Positions 31,307 through 39,761 of a stretch of DNA of 64,000 nucleotides are shown here, one piece after another; the first letter of the stretch is position 1; the number at the start of each line of letters is the position of its first letter. Source of the stretch: Vulcanimicrobiota bacterium. Its GTDB lineage: Bacteria; Vulcanimicrobiota; Vulcanimicrobiia; Vulcanimicrobiales; Vulcanimicrobiaceae. The notes below the pieces were generated by a model. That model did no database searches. It saw only the letters and a list, made by a program, of their open reading frames with translations, and had not been told where the DNA came from. The stretch lies in NCBI GenBank assembly GCA_963834895.1, contig CAWIDM010000003.1:909569-973568 (forward strand), read 5' to 3'. The translations under genes were made by a program, and so were the position numbers.

Positions 31307-33633
31307 GTTCGAATCGTTGCTCCAAAGCGTACGCGCACCGCGTCGAGCACGCGCGCGATGGCCGCATCGGCTTCCTCATCGGTGATCGTCGCATCGAATC
31401 GTTGGAGCGTAATGCGTACGGCAAGGCTCTTGCGCCCCTCGCCCACCTGCGGCCCGCGATACTCGTCGAAGACCGTCACGCCGGCGCAGAGCGGACCGAG
31501 TACGGCGGCGGCCGCGCTTTCGATCGCCTTCGCGGGGACGCCGGTCTCGACCACGAGCGCGAGGTCGCGATAGGTCGAGGGAAAGCGGGAGGGTGGACCG
31601 TAACGCGGCGTGCGGTATGACGGAAGCGATCCGACGTCGAGCAGACAAAGATACGCGTTCGCTTTGAGATCGCCGGCTTTCGTCAAGCGCGGATCGACAG
31701 GGCCGATGACGCCGACTTCGACGCCGTCGAGCGAGACGAAACCCGTCTTGCCGGGATGAAAGCCGGGACGTGTAGCGGGCCCGGTCTCGGCGCGCCGTCC
31801 GGTGACTTCGCGCAGGAGAGCCTCACACTCGCCTTTGAGGCGCAGAAACGACGAGTCGCGCCACGGCGGCTCGCCCGTGCGAGCTTCGGAGAACGCGAAC
31901 GCGACTTCCGTCCGTTCCACGATGCGCTCGCCATCGGCGCGAAACACATCGCCGATCTCGAAGACGCGCGCCGGCACGGGAGCGCGGGCGAGGTACTCGA
32001 TCAACCCCGGGAGCAGCGAGTCCCGAAGAAAGCGATGCTCTTCGGAGAGCGGATTGCGAACCGCGACGGCAGAGGCTCCGGGGGTACCGCGCAGCGAGTG
32101 CGTGACGTTTTCGCGATAGCCGAGTCCGGAGAGCGCGCGCGCGATGTGGTTCTCAAAATCGAAGGATGCGCTCGAGATTTCGTGTGCAGGCACCGACGGA
32201 ACGACGGCCGGGATTCGTTCGTACCCCTCGACGCGCGCAACCTCTTCGATGAGGTCCGCCGCGATCGCGAGATCCCGCCGCCACGGTGGGGGCGTGACGG
32301 AGAGCGCGCCGTTTTGGCCGATCGTGACCGCGCAGCCGAGTGCGCCGAGGTGAGATGCTATTCGTTCGGGAAGGAGCGAGATGCCCAAGAGACGCTTCAC
32401 CTCGGAGGCCCGCAGCGCGATGGGTTGCGCGGGCACGATCTCTGCGCCGAAGGCATGCGGCCGATAGGCCGTCGCGCCGAGGTCCCGCAACAACTGGGCG
32501 GCGCGCGCCGCACCGATATCAGCTAGCGCCGGCGCTAAGGATTTCTCGTGTCGCGCCGACGCCTCGCTGCGCAAACCCTGTTCGGCACTCATACGCCGAA
32601 CGCGCGCGCCGTTGAAGTTCGCAGCCTCGAGCACGATCGCGCTCGTCATAGGCGTCACTTCGCTCGATGCCCCTCCCATCAGCCCGGCAAGGCCGAGCGC
32701 CCGCTCGTCGTCGGCGATGACGAGCGCTTGGGGTGTTAGCGTGCGCTCCACGCCGTCGAGCGTCACGATCTTCTCGCCCACATGAGCGCTGCGAACAGTC
32801 AATCTCATCGCAGCGATGGCATCCGCATCGTAGAAGTGCAGCGGTTGCCCCGTCTCGAGCATCACGTAGTTCGAAACGTCGACGAGATTATTGATCGGGC
32901 GCTGTCCCGCGAGCGCGAGGCGAATGCGCATCGCGGCCGGCGCGGCGCCGACCTTCACATCGTCGAAGCGCTGCGCCACGAAACGATGGCAATCGGGCGA
33001 TTCAATCGAGACTCGGGGTTCGGCGCCGGGCGGCTCCGGTGCCAGTCCGGGATTCGCGAACGACGGCAGCGCTAACGCAACGCCGTAGGATGCCGCAAGC
33101 TCGCGGGCCAGGCCGATGACGGACATCGAGTCGGGCCGGTTGGCTGTGATCTCGACGTCGAGCACGTCGGTCTCGAGCCCGAAGAACTCGACGACGTCGA
33201 GGCCCGGATCGATCGTACGATCGAGCTGCATGATGCCCTCTTCAAACCATTCGGGCGGCAAGGCCAGCTCTTGCGCGGAGATCATCATGCCCTCCGACGC
33301 GACGCCGCGCATCGTCTTGGCCTCGATCGTCAGCGAAGGAAGGTTCGCGCCGATCGTTGCGACGGCAATCGTCTGTCCTGCCGCGACGTTCGTCGCGGCC
33401 GTTGCAATCGTCAAGGGAGCGGAGCGCCCGACGTCGACGCGCGCGACCAGGAGACGGTCCGCATTCGGATGCTTTTCGACCCTCTCGATCCTGCCGGTAA
33501 CCACGCCGGTGATTCGTGGCCGCCGTTGGATTCCGGCGACGGGAAAGCCGAGCATTGCGAGCCGGTCGGCAATCGCTTGCGTATCGTTCGGCAGCGCGAC
33601 GAACTCGCGCAGCCAGCTTATCGGAACGTACAC
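31303..33633 (-). CDS. pheT: Phenylalanine--tRNA ligase beta subunit
   Basis: 776 aa. N-terminus MYVPISWLREFV, followed by B3/4, B5 and FDX-ACB C-terminal domains. Confidence 0.95.
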   Translation of the reverse strand: MYVPISWLREFVALPNDTQAIADRLAMLGFPVAGIQRRPRITGVVTGRIERVEKHPNADRLLVARVDVGRSAPLTIATAATNVAAGQTIAVATIGANLPSLTIEAKTMRGVASEGMMISAQELALPPEWFEEGIMQLDRTIDPGLDVVEFFGLETDVLDVEITANRPDSMSVIGLARELAASYGVALALPSFANPGLAPEPPGAEPRVSIESPDCHRFVAQRFDDVKVGAAPAAMRIRLALAGQRPINNLVDVSNYVMLETGQPLHFYDADAIAAMRLTVRSAHVGEKIVTLDGVERTLTPQALVIADDERALGLAGLMGGASSEVTPMTSAIVLEAANFNGARVRRMSAEQGLRSEASARHEKSLAPALADIGAARAAQLLRDLGATAYRPHAFGAEIVPAQPIALRASEVKRLLGISLLPERIASHLGALGCAVTIGQNGALSVTPPPWRRDLAIAADLIEEVARVEGYERIPAVVPSVPAHEISSASFDFENHIARALSGLGYRENVTHSLRGTPGASAVAVRNPLSEEHRFLRDSLLPGLIEYLARAPVPARVFEIGDVFRADGERIVERTEVAFAFSEARTGEPPWRDSSFLRLKGECEALLREVTGRRAETGPATRPGFHPGKTGFVSLDGVEVGVIGPVDPRLTKAGDLKANAYLCLLDVGSLPSYRTPRYGPPSRFPSTYRDLALVVETGVPAKAIESAAAAVLGPLCAGVTVFDEYRGPQVGEGRKSLAVRITLQRFDATITDEEADAAIARVLDAVRVRFGATIRT

Positions 33634-33643
33634 CGCTCTCTCG

Positions 33644-34699
33644 TCAAGCGAGTTGCGCGAGAAAATCGGGGTCGCTGTCGACGAATCGGCGAATGTCGTC
33701 GACTTCGTATCGCGTCAGCCCGAGCCGCTCGACGCCGAAACCGAAGGCCCATCCGGAATAGCGGTCGGGATCGTATCCAACCTCGCGCAGGACGTTCGGA
33801 TGCACCATCCCGGCGCCGCCGAGCTCTATCCATCCCGAACCGCCGCACATCGTACATGAGGAGACGCCGCGCGCGTCCCCCTCGTCGCGACCGCGGCACT
33901 TCGGGCACGTCGTGTCGACCTCGGCGCTCGGCTCGGTGAACGGAAAATATGACGGACGGAAGCGCACGTTCTGATCCGGGCCAAAGAGCTCGCGGCAGAG
34001 GCCGGTGAGCATCCCCTTCAAATGCCCGAAGTGAATACCTTCGGCGACGAGCAAGCCTTCGACTTGATGAAACTGAAAGAGATGGCGCGCATCGGCGGCA
34101 TCGCGCCGAAAGCACTTTCCGGGCGCGACGATCGCGATCGGCGGACGGTGCTCCTGCATCGTACGAATCTGCATCGGTGACGTGTGCGGCCGAAGCAGCA
34201 CGCTGTCGGTGAGCCAGAAGGAATCGAAGCTTTCGCGCGCCGGGTGGTCGCTCGGAATGTTGAGCGCGTCAAAGTTGTAGTAGTCGGGTTCGGCCTCCGG
34301 GCCAATGACGACCGCAAAGCCGTGCCGGGTGAAGTAGGCACAGCTATCGAGGATGATGCGCCGAACGGGATGGATCGAGCCGGCCGTCGCAGGGATCGCA
34401 GGAAACGTCACGTCGATCGATGCGGCCAGCTCGGACTCGAATGCACGCGATTCAATGCGCGAGCGCAGCTCGTTCAAACGCGTCTCCATCGCCTCGACGG
34501 CGTCGTTGATAAGCTTTCCGGAGTCTCGCCGCTCCGCAGGCGGCAGCGTACCGATGGTGCGCCGCACTTTCGTTACTTCGCCGTTCCGTCCGAGGTACGC
34601 AATGCGCACGCTCTCGAGCGCCCGTTCGTCGGCAGCGCCTTGCGCAGCGGCGTTAAAACGCAGTTGCAGCTCGCGAAGGTTCTCGGTCAGATCGGTCAT
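33644..34699 (-). CDS. pheS: Phenylalanine--tRNA ligase alpha subunit
   Basis: 351 aa with class II motifs (HPVRRI.., FRRDAADARHLFQFHQVEG, GSGWIELGGAGMVHP). Confidence 0.95.
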   Translation of the reverse strand: MTDLTENLRELQLRFNAAAQGAADERALESVRIAYLGRNGEVTKVRRTIGTLPPAERRDSGKLINDAVEAMETRLNELRSRIESRAFESELAASIDVTFPAIPATAGSIHPVRRIILDSCAYFTRHGFAVVIGPEAEPDYYNFDALNIPSDHPARESFDSFWLTDSVLLRPHTSPMQIRTMQEHRPPIAIVAPGKCFRRDAADARHLFQFHQVEGLLVAEGIHFGHLKGMLTGLCRELFGPDQNVRFRPSYFPFTEPSAEVDTTCPKCRGRDEGDARGVSSCTMCGGSGWIELGGAGMVHPNVLREVGYDPDRYSGWAFGFGVERLGLTRYEVDDIRRFVDSDPDFLAQLA

Positions 34700-34716
34700 C
34701 GCTCTACCAAAGCAAA

Positions 34717-34746
34717 GCGCCCGGTTCGTTCTACGTTACCGGGCGC
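34717..34746 (-). terminator. Terminator-like hairpin plus U-tract 17 nt upstream of the pheS start (possible attenuator)
   Basis: On the minus strand: GCGCCCGGU, a 12-nt loop, ACCGGGCGC (perfect 9 bp), then UUUGCUUUGG. It lies between the YqzL-like ORF stop and the pheS ATG. Confidence 0.5.
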
Positions 34747-34789
34747 CTCCAAAACCGCTGTTGACTCGTGCTGCGCGGCCGGGACGGTC

Positions 34790-34891
34790 TTAGCTCGGCA
34801 ATGGAGCCGCGTGCAGCCTTCGATACGCGAGATAGGCGTCGATCGAACCCGTTTGGGCGAAAAGCCTCCAGAAGAGATTGGACGTTGCCAT
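34790..34891 (-). CDS. YqzL-like small protein (33 aa)
   Basis: MATSNLFWRLFAQTGSIDAYLAYRRLHAAPLPS fits the YqzL family pattern (W..F..TG.I..YL.Y+) as I recall it. AAGGAG lies about 10 nt upstream of the ATG. Confidence 0.55.
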   Translation of the reverse strand: MATSNLFWRLFAQTGSIDAYLAYRRLHAAPLPS

Positions 34892-34947
34892 GCGCTTGCA
34901 GTCTCCTTCTGAGCCGTCGGCTCCGGGGCGGCCCATTACGTCGCCTG

Positions 34948-34953
34948 AGTATA
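34948..34953 (-). promoter_or_regulatory. Candidate -10 box (TGGTATACT) for the yqzL-like/pheST unit
   Basis: The minus strand reads GTGGTATACTC. This AT-rich hexamer TATACT lies about 55 nt upstream of the small ORF. No convincing -35 box. Confidence 0.25.
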
Positions 34954-35019
34954 CCACGCGACTTTTAACACCGGTAGTCTTGACTTTTTGAGGCCAAAGC
35001 ACTCTCTTGACAAACCACT

Positions 35020-35808
35020 TTAGAGGCCCGTATTGCGCTGCCCCCGCGTCGCCTCGTAGAGGGCAATCGAGCCGGCGACCGCCGCGCTGAGGCTCTCCGC
35101 GGCGCCTGGCATGGGAATCGCGAGCACCCGGCTGCAGAGGCTCTCCCACCGCCCGAGGCCATGGCGTTCGTGCCCGACGACGAGCGCCAGGGGTGGTTCC
35201 CAGCCCTCCGCAGTCAGCGGGCTCCCGTCCGCGGCCAATCCCAGGATCCGCACCCCGGCGGAGGCCGCCGCGCCCCCCGCCTGCGTCGGATCCGCGACGC
35301 TGAGAGCGAGCCGAAAGATCGCTCCCATCGAGCCTCGGACGACCTTCGGGTGGTACGGGTCGACGCCGAGCCGGCCGAAGAGGACTCCCCCGCAACCGAA
35401 GGCGTCGGCAGAGCGCAGCAAGGTGCCGGCGTTGGCCGGGTCGTTGAGGTCGGCGAGGACCAAGATCGGCGTTCCGCTCCGGAAGAGCTCGTCGACGCTT
35501 CGCAACCGTAGTTCCGCAACGGCGACGATGCCGCCGGGCGTCTCGAGGTCGGAGATCCGCGCAGCGGCCGCCTCGTCGAGCAGGAACACGGGAGTCCCCG
35601 CAGCCTCGAGCAGGCGCAGCAGTGGGGCGTCGGCGTACGCCTCGCGCGTCGCGTAGAGCTCCATAATCGAGATGTCGGCCCGCACCGCTTCGGCGAGCAT
35701 CGTTTCGCCTTCGAAGGCAAAGCGCTGCTGCTCGCGACGTCCTTTTACCGAGCGCAGAGCACGCACCGCGCGCAACCGCTCCGATCGGATTCCTAGTTGC
35801 GTCGCCAT
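35020..35808 (-). CDS. TrmH/SpoU-family RNA 2'-O-methyltransferase (YsgA-like)
   Basis: Motifs LVVGHERHGL and IPMPGAAESLSAAVAGSIALYE. ATG 35808 (MATQLGIRSERL). Its position upstream of pheST matches B. subtilis ysgA. Confidence 0.8.
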   Translation of the reverse strand: MATQLGIRSERLRAVRALRSVKGRREQQRFAFEGETMLAEAVRADISIMELYATREAYADAPLLRLLEAAGTPVFLLDEAAAARISDLETPGGIVAVAELRLRSVDELFRSGTPILVLADLNDPANAGTLLRSADAFGCGGVLFGRLGVDPYHPKVVRGSMGAIFRLALSVADPTQAGGAAASAGVRILGLAADGSPLTAEGWEPPLALVVGHERHGLGRWESLCSRVLAIPMPGAAESLSAAVAGSIALYEATRGQRNTGL

Positions 35809-36002
35809 CGTCCGCTCAGCCAGCCGCGCGTGCCGATCATAATAAGGCCGGCGAAGATCGCCGCCAGCGCGATCGCAATCTTGTCGTTGAAGTGGTGCGG
35901 CACGAGCGTTCGCACGAGCAGGAAGACCGCCGCGACGAAGACCAGCAGGAAATACGCGAGCCAGGCGATTTCGACGCGGACCGAGGAGCGTGATTGCCGC
36001 AT
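35793..36002 (-). CDS. Small two-TM membrane protein (69 aa), hypothetical
   Basis: Two hydrophobic helices (IAWLAYFLLVFVAAVFLLV and IAIALAAIFAGLIMIG) and high third-position GC. The 3' end overlaps the trmH-family start by 16 nt. Confidence 0.45.
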   Translation of the reverse strand: MRQSRSSVRVEIAWLAYFLLVFVAAVFLLVRTLVPHHFNDKIAIALAAIFAGLIMIGTRGWLSGRWRRN

Positions 36003-36049
36003 TTTCGATGCTACGAGGCGCGGCCAGGACGTTCCGCCAAGCCCGGCTG

Positions 36050-36604
36050 ATGGAAGAGCAACCCGAGGTCATCGAGTCGCGCCGTATCTTTGAGGGACGC
36101 GTCTTCAACGTACGCAGCGACCGGCTGCGCTATCCCGACGGCAGCGAGCATCGCGTCGACGTCGTCGAGCACGGCACTTCGCTTGCGATCGTCGCGAGCC
36201 CGGCCCCAAACGAGCTCGTGCTGGTGCGTCAGTATCGCCATCCGGCCCGCTCGATGCTCTGGGAGATTCCAGCCGGAACCGCCGAAGCCGGCGAAGCGCC
36301 TCGTGACGGCGCAAGACGGGAGCTGCGCGAGGAGACCGGATACGCGGCAGGGCGTATTCGGCAGATTGGCTCTCTCTGGATGACGCCGGGCTTCTGCTCG
36401 GAGGTCATGCATTTTTTCTACGCGGACGAGCTGGTCGCGGGAGAGCCGGCCTTCGACGACGACGAGCGCATCGAAGTTTCGACCTTTAGCTATCAGGCGG
36501 CACGGCGGTTGGTCGCTAAGGGAACGGCCGACGCAAAAACCGTCCTGGCCCTGTTTTGGCTGCAGGGCGGAGAAGATGAAATTGGAAGTCAGTTCCGTCG
36601 ATAA
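36050..36604 (+). CDS. NUDIX hydrolase (ADP-ribose pyrophosphatase-like)
   Basis: Nudix box GTAEAGEAPRDGARRELREETGY. The N-terminus EVIESRRIFEGRVFNV is typical of NudF. Confidence 0.8.
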   Translation: MEEQPEVIESRRIFEGRVFNVRSDRLRYPDGSEHRVDVVEHGTSLAIVASPAPNELVLVRQYRHPARSMLWEIPAGTAEAGEAPRDGARRELREETGYAAGRIRQIGSLWMTPGFCSEVMHFFYADELVAGEPAFDDDERIEVSTFSYQAARRLVAKGTADAKTVLALFWLQGGEDEIGSQFRR

Positions 36605-36695
36605 GTTACTGTAGGCATGCCCCGAGCATGTCGAAGGTAACGCTCGCGTCGCCGTTGCTACCGGCGTGGCGGAGATCGGTCTTGGAGGTAAGGTC

Positions 36696-36971
36696 GTGGA
36701 AATTCCTAGCGATATCGACGCCGTCTTGAAGCGATTGCTGGAGCGCAACCGCGACGGCGCCGAACAATCGGTGCTGGCCCCCGAGGACGAAACGTACTTG
36801 AACTCACTGATCGCCTCGGTTCGCGGCGGACGCCGCGCCGTCTTGATCGTCGAAGACGCCGACGAACATCTCCGTTACATGTTCAGCAACGCGACTCGTG
36901 CCGAAGCGGTCACGATGTTGGGCAAAGTCGTCGAGGCTACGGGGCGCCGCCTCGCCGACGGCGACGATTAA
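36696..36971 (+). CDS. Hypothetical protein (about 91 aa)
   Basis: GTG 36696 lies 7 nt after GGAGG (36684-36688). Codon bias is consistent with coding. No family recognised. Confidence 0.45.
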   Translation: MEIPSDIDAVLKRLLERNRDGAEQSVLAPEDETYLNSLIASVRGGRRAVLIVEDADEHLRYMFSNATRAEAVTMLGKVVEATGRRLADGDD

Positions 36972-36989
36972 TCCGCCGATTGAGGTTTC

Positions 36990-38402
36990 CTAGGCGAAGA
37001 GGGTAATCCCGTCGATCTTTCCGTCGGGCGCAAGCTCGAAGTCGTAGTGGTATTGGGCGCGCGGATAGCGCACTAAGAATTCATAGAGCGTGTCGCCGTT
37101 CGATTCGGTTTTGCTCGAAAGCGGGACGATGACTTGGAGCCGCCCCAGCGCAGCAAAATTCTCCCGAGCAACGAGATCGTCGGTGAGAATCGCGCTGAAT
37201 GCCGGCGTCAGCTCGGCGCGGTCGATACGTCCCGACGCGAGCAGCGCGAGCCAGTCCCTCGCCTTCGTCACGATCGCGTTGTCGAGCTGCACGGTGGCCG
37301 GCGCAACGAGGACGTCGAGAACGCGCGCGGCCACTTCCTCGGGAATCGTGACGCTGCCGTGGAGCGAATCGGCGTTCGAGAGAACGATGACGCCGAGGTG
37401 TTGGTCGGGTAAGACGGCATTGGTCGCGCGGTAACCCGAAATCTCGCCGTTCGTCCAGTCGAAGGGCTTGCCGCCCCGCCGATCGATGACCCATCCCATG
37501 CCGTAATGCGTCGCACCGTCGGTCACGCCCGGCGTAAAGATCGTGCGCACGGCGTCAACCCGAAGCAAGACCGGCATCTCGATGTCCCATTTGGCCAAAT
37601 CGTCGATCGTCGAGACCAGGCCCGCATCGCCGCCGAGCCAGGACGGATCCCAACCCGGGGCCGCGGCGAATGCAGTGCCGTTTCGAGTGTAGCCCGTCGC
37701 GTGCGCCGGCGAGATGCCGCTATCGCCCGCCAGAAACGTGCTGTTCATGATCAAGGGTAGGAAGATGTGCTGCTCGAGATAATCGGAGAGCGTCACACCG
37801 CTGGCTCGTTCGACCACCAGACCCGCAAGCAGATAATTGAGCGGGTTGTTCTGGTAGACCGTTCCCGCGGGCGCTGCCGGCTTTCCCTTGTCGACTGCCG
37901 CAAAGATATCGGCATCTCTGACCGGGTGGGTGAAGTCGGTCGACGAGCCGTGCGGCGGAACGTACTGCGCCAGGCCGGAGGTTTGCGTGAGGAGTTGAGC
38001 GATCGTGACGCCGTTCGCCGACTGAAACTCGGGCACGTACTTCGAAACCGGATCGTCGAGCTTGAGCTTGCCGTCCTGTGCAAGCAGCAGAATCGCCGCG
38101 GCGGTGAACTCCATCGTAAGGCCGCCGACGTAAAACTCGGTATCCGCCGTCATGCCGGCGTGTGGGGCGATGGTCGAGAATCCAAACCCGCGCGCGTAGA
38201 CGAGCCGGCCGTCGTAGACGATGCCGATGGCAATCCCCGGCGTGCGCCCGGAATGCACCTCGTCGATCGCGATCCGGTCGATTTGGCCGGCGATCGCCGG
38301 CGACCAGGCCAGCGAGTTTTGCGGGTCCGCCGGCGCCGGCCCGCTCTGCGTAAAGAAACCGAGGATCAGAGCCGTCGCAAAGGCGGCGCCCAGACGAATC
38401 AT
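36990..38402 (-). CDS. Secreted beta-lactamase/PBP4*-fold protein lacking the SxxK catalytic motif
   Basis: Signal peptide present. The segment ADTEFYVGGLTMEFTAAAILLLAQDGKLKLDDPVSKYVPEF aligns to the family pattern dTlfriaSvtKtftaaailqLveeGkldLddpvskylPef. At the catalytic positions, G replaces the Ser and M replaces the Lys. Confidence 0.75.
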   Translation of the reverse strand: MIRLGAAFATALILGFFTQSGPAPADPQNSLAWSPAIAGQIDRIAIDEVHSGRTPGIAIGIVYDGRLVYARGFGFSTIAPHAGMTADTEFYVGGLTMEFTAAAILLLAQDGKLKLDDPVSKYVPEFQSANGVTIAQLLTQTSGLAQYVPPHGSSTDFTHPVRDADIFAAVDKGKPAAPAGTVYQNNPLNYLLAGLVVERASGVTLSDYLEQHIFLPLIMNSTFLAGDSGISPAHATGYTRNGTAFAAAPGWDPSWLGGDAGLVSTIDDLAKWDIEMPVLLRVDAVRTIFTPGVTDGATHYGMGWVIDRRGGKPFDWTNGEISGYRATNAVLPDQHLGVIVLSNADSLHGSVTIPEEVAARVLDVLVAPATVQLDNAIVTKARDWLALLASGRIDRAELTPAFSAILTDDLVARENFAALGRLQVIVPLSSKTESNGDTLYEFLVRYPRAQYHYDFELAPDGKIDGITLFA

Positions 38403-38409
38403 GCCGAAG

Positions 38410-38415
38410 ATTATA
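38410..38415 (-). promoter_or_regulatory. Consensus -10 box TATAAT 7 nt upstream of an ATG (leaderless-type promoter)
   Basis: The minus strand reads AGGTATATAATCTTCGGCATG. There is no SD between the box and ATG 38402. Confidence 0.45.
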
Positions 38416-38459
38416 TACCTTCACGCCGCTCCGCGGCTAGGCGTTATGCGGCTGCCGCG

Positions 38460-38819
38460 TTACTTTTGAGCCGCTTTTTTCGCCAAATTCAGCAGAACGC
38501 CGAATGCCTTTGCGTCCGAAACGGCAAGGTCGGCGAGCGCCTTCCGATTGAGCGAGACCCCCGACTTCTTCAAGCCGTGCATGAAGAGCGAGTAGGAGAG
38601 GCCTTCCCTTCGTGCTGCGGCGTTGATCCGGCTGATCCAGAGCGAGCGGAAGTCGCGCTTGCGGACCCTGCGATCGCGAAACGCGTACGCCAGCGATTTA
38701 AGGAGGGCTTCGTTTGCGACGCGATAGTTGCGCCGCCGCGCTGCGCGAAATCCTTTGACGAGCTTCATGACCTTGCGGCGATGCTTGAGGCCTCCAACGC
38801 CGCGTTTGATGCGTGCCAT
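38460..38819 (-). CDS. rplT: 50S ribosomal protein L20
   Basis: MARIKRGVGGLKHRRKVMKLVKGFRAARRRNYRVA. Confidence 0.97.
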   Translation of the reverse strand: MARIKRGVGGLKHRRKVMKLVKGFRAARRRNYRVANEALLKSLAYAFRDRRVRKRDFRSLWISRINAAARREGLSYSLFMHGLKKSGVSLNRKALADLAVSDAKAFGVLLNLAKKAAQK

Positions 38820-38834
38820 TACGTCAGCCCCCCG

Positions 38835-39041
38835 CTACACCAAATACGGGATGGTCGGCGCGAGACGCTTGAGGTCGCCCTTAAACGTCGGCTGATCCTT
38901 GCGGAACTTGCGCTTGCGTTTGCGCGGCTTCTTGCTGAGAATGTGACCGCAGCCGTCGAACTGGTGACGGTGCAGTACTTTGCCGCTCGCGGTAACCTTC
39001 ACGCGCTTGGCGGTTCCTCGATGCGTTCGAATTTTAGGCAC
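38835..39041 (-). CDS. rpmI: 50S ribosomal protein L35
   Basis: MPKIRTHRGTAKRVKVTASGKV... Confidence 0.95.
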   Translation of the reverse strand: MPKIRTHRGTAKRVKVTASGKVLHRHQFDGCGHILSKKPRKRKRKFRKDQPTFKGDLKRLAPTIPYLV

Positions 39042-39597
39042 TGGTTCGCTCCTTCGTCTGAACTGAAAATTTCGGCGGACCGGTCGGCGTGGCGCGCGGC
39101 GCCAAGATCATGAACATGTTTTTTCCTTCCAATCGCGCCTCGCGTTCCACCGTGGCCAGCGGCGTCATGTCCTCGGCCATTCGGTCGAGCAGTCTACGTC
39201 CGAACGACGTATACGTGATCTCTCGCCCGCGGAACATGATCGTCACCTTTATCTTGCTCCCGTCGAGCAGAAGCCGTTCGGCCATTCGCGCCTTCGTCTC
39301 GTAATCGTGCGTCTCGATCTTCGGCCGCAGCTTCACTTCCTTCAGCTCGAAGTGGCGCTGCTTCTTTCGAGCGTCCTTGTCTTTTTTCGACTGCTCGTAT
39401 TTCAGCCGGCCGTAGTCGGCGATCTTGCAGACCGGCGGCTGGGCGTTGGGCGAGACCTCGATTAGATCGAGCCCGGCAACTCGTGCGCGCGCCAGCGCAT
39501 CTTCGGTCGGCAGAATCCCGAGTTGGTTTCCGTTCTCGTCGATCACCCGAACCGCACGAATGCGAATTTGATCGTTGACGCGCAGGAGTTTTGCTAT
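39034..39597 (-). CDS. infC: Translation initiation factor IF-3 (proposed ATA start)
   Basis: The track ORF starts at GTG 39546 (MIDENGNQLGI). The in-frame upstream sequence encodes IAKLLRVNDQIRIRAVRV, which is the conserved IF-3 N-terminus. ATA at 39597 lies 8 nt after GGAG. No ATG, GTG or TTG occurs in frame before the stop at 39664-39666. Confidence 0.85.
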   Translation of the reverse strand: MAKLLRVNDQIRIRAVRVIDENGNQLGILPTEDALARARVAGLDLIEVSPNAQPPVCKIADYGRLKYEQSKKDKDARKKQRHFELKEVKLRPKIETHDYETKARMAERLLLDGSKIKVTIMFRGREITYTSFGRRLLDRMAEDMTPLATVEREARLEGKNMFMILAPRATPTGPPKFSVQTKERTSA

Positions 39598-39614
39598 GTG
39601 TTCATCTCCAAATG

Positions 39615-39639
39615 AAAAAGGCGCCGCCGGAGCAGCCCC
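39615..39639 (-). terminator. Small hairpin plus U5 in the infC leader (possible attenuator)
   Basis: The minus strand reads GGGGCUGC-UCCG-GCGGCGCC followed by UUUUU. The stem is 8 bp with one mismatch and one G-U pair. It ends just before the infC SD. Confidence 0.25.
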
Positions 39640-39732
39640 ACTGCGGAACCGGCCGAGAGTTCCCTAAGTGAAGACCGGATCGCCCGCAAGCATCCGGTGA
39701 GCGGAGTAAAGCCGCTGCTTCGGCCCGACAAC

Positions 39733-39761
39733 GATATCACGCCCGGGCGGGGGAGTGTCAA
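39733..39761 (-). promoter_or_regulatory. Candidate promoter of the infC-rpmI-rplT operon
   Basis: The minus strand carries a perfect -35 TTGACA (39761-39756, overlapping the rocD stop). A weak -10 (TGATAT or GATATC) follows after a 16-17 nt spacer. Confidence 0.3.

Noticed and set aside
34700-35019. A T-box riboswitch or Phe-rich leader peptide upstream of pheS.
   Set aside because: No T-box consensus (AATTAGGGTGGTACCGCG or its complement) was seen. The mini-ORF has only two Phe residues and matches the YqzL pattern instead.
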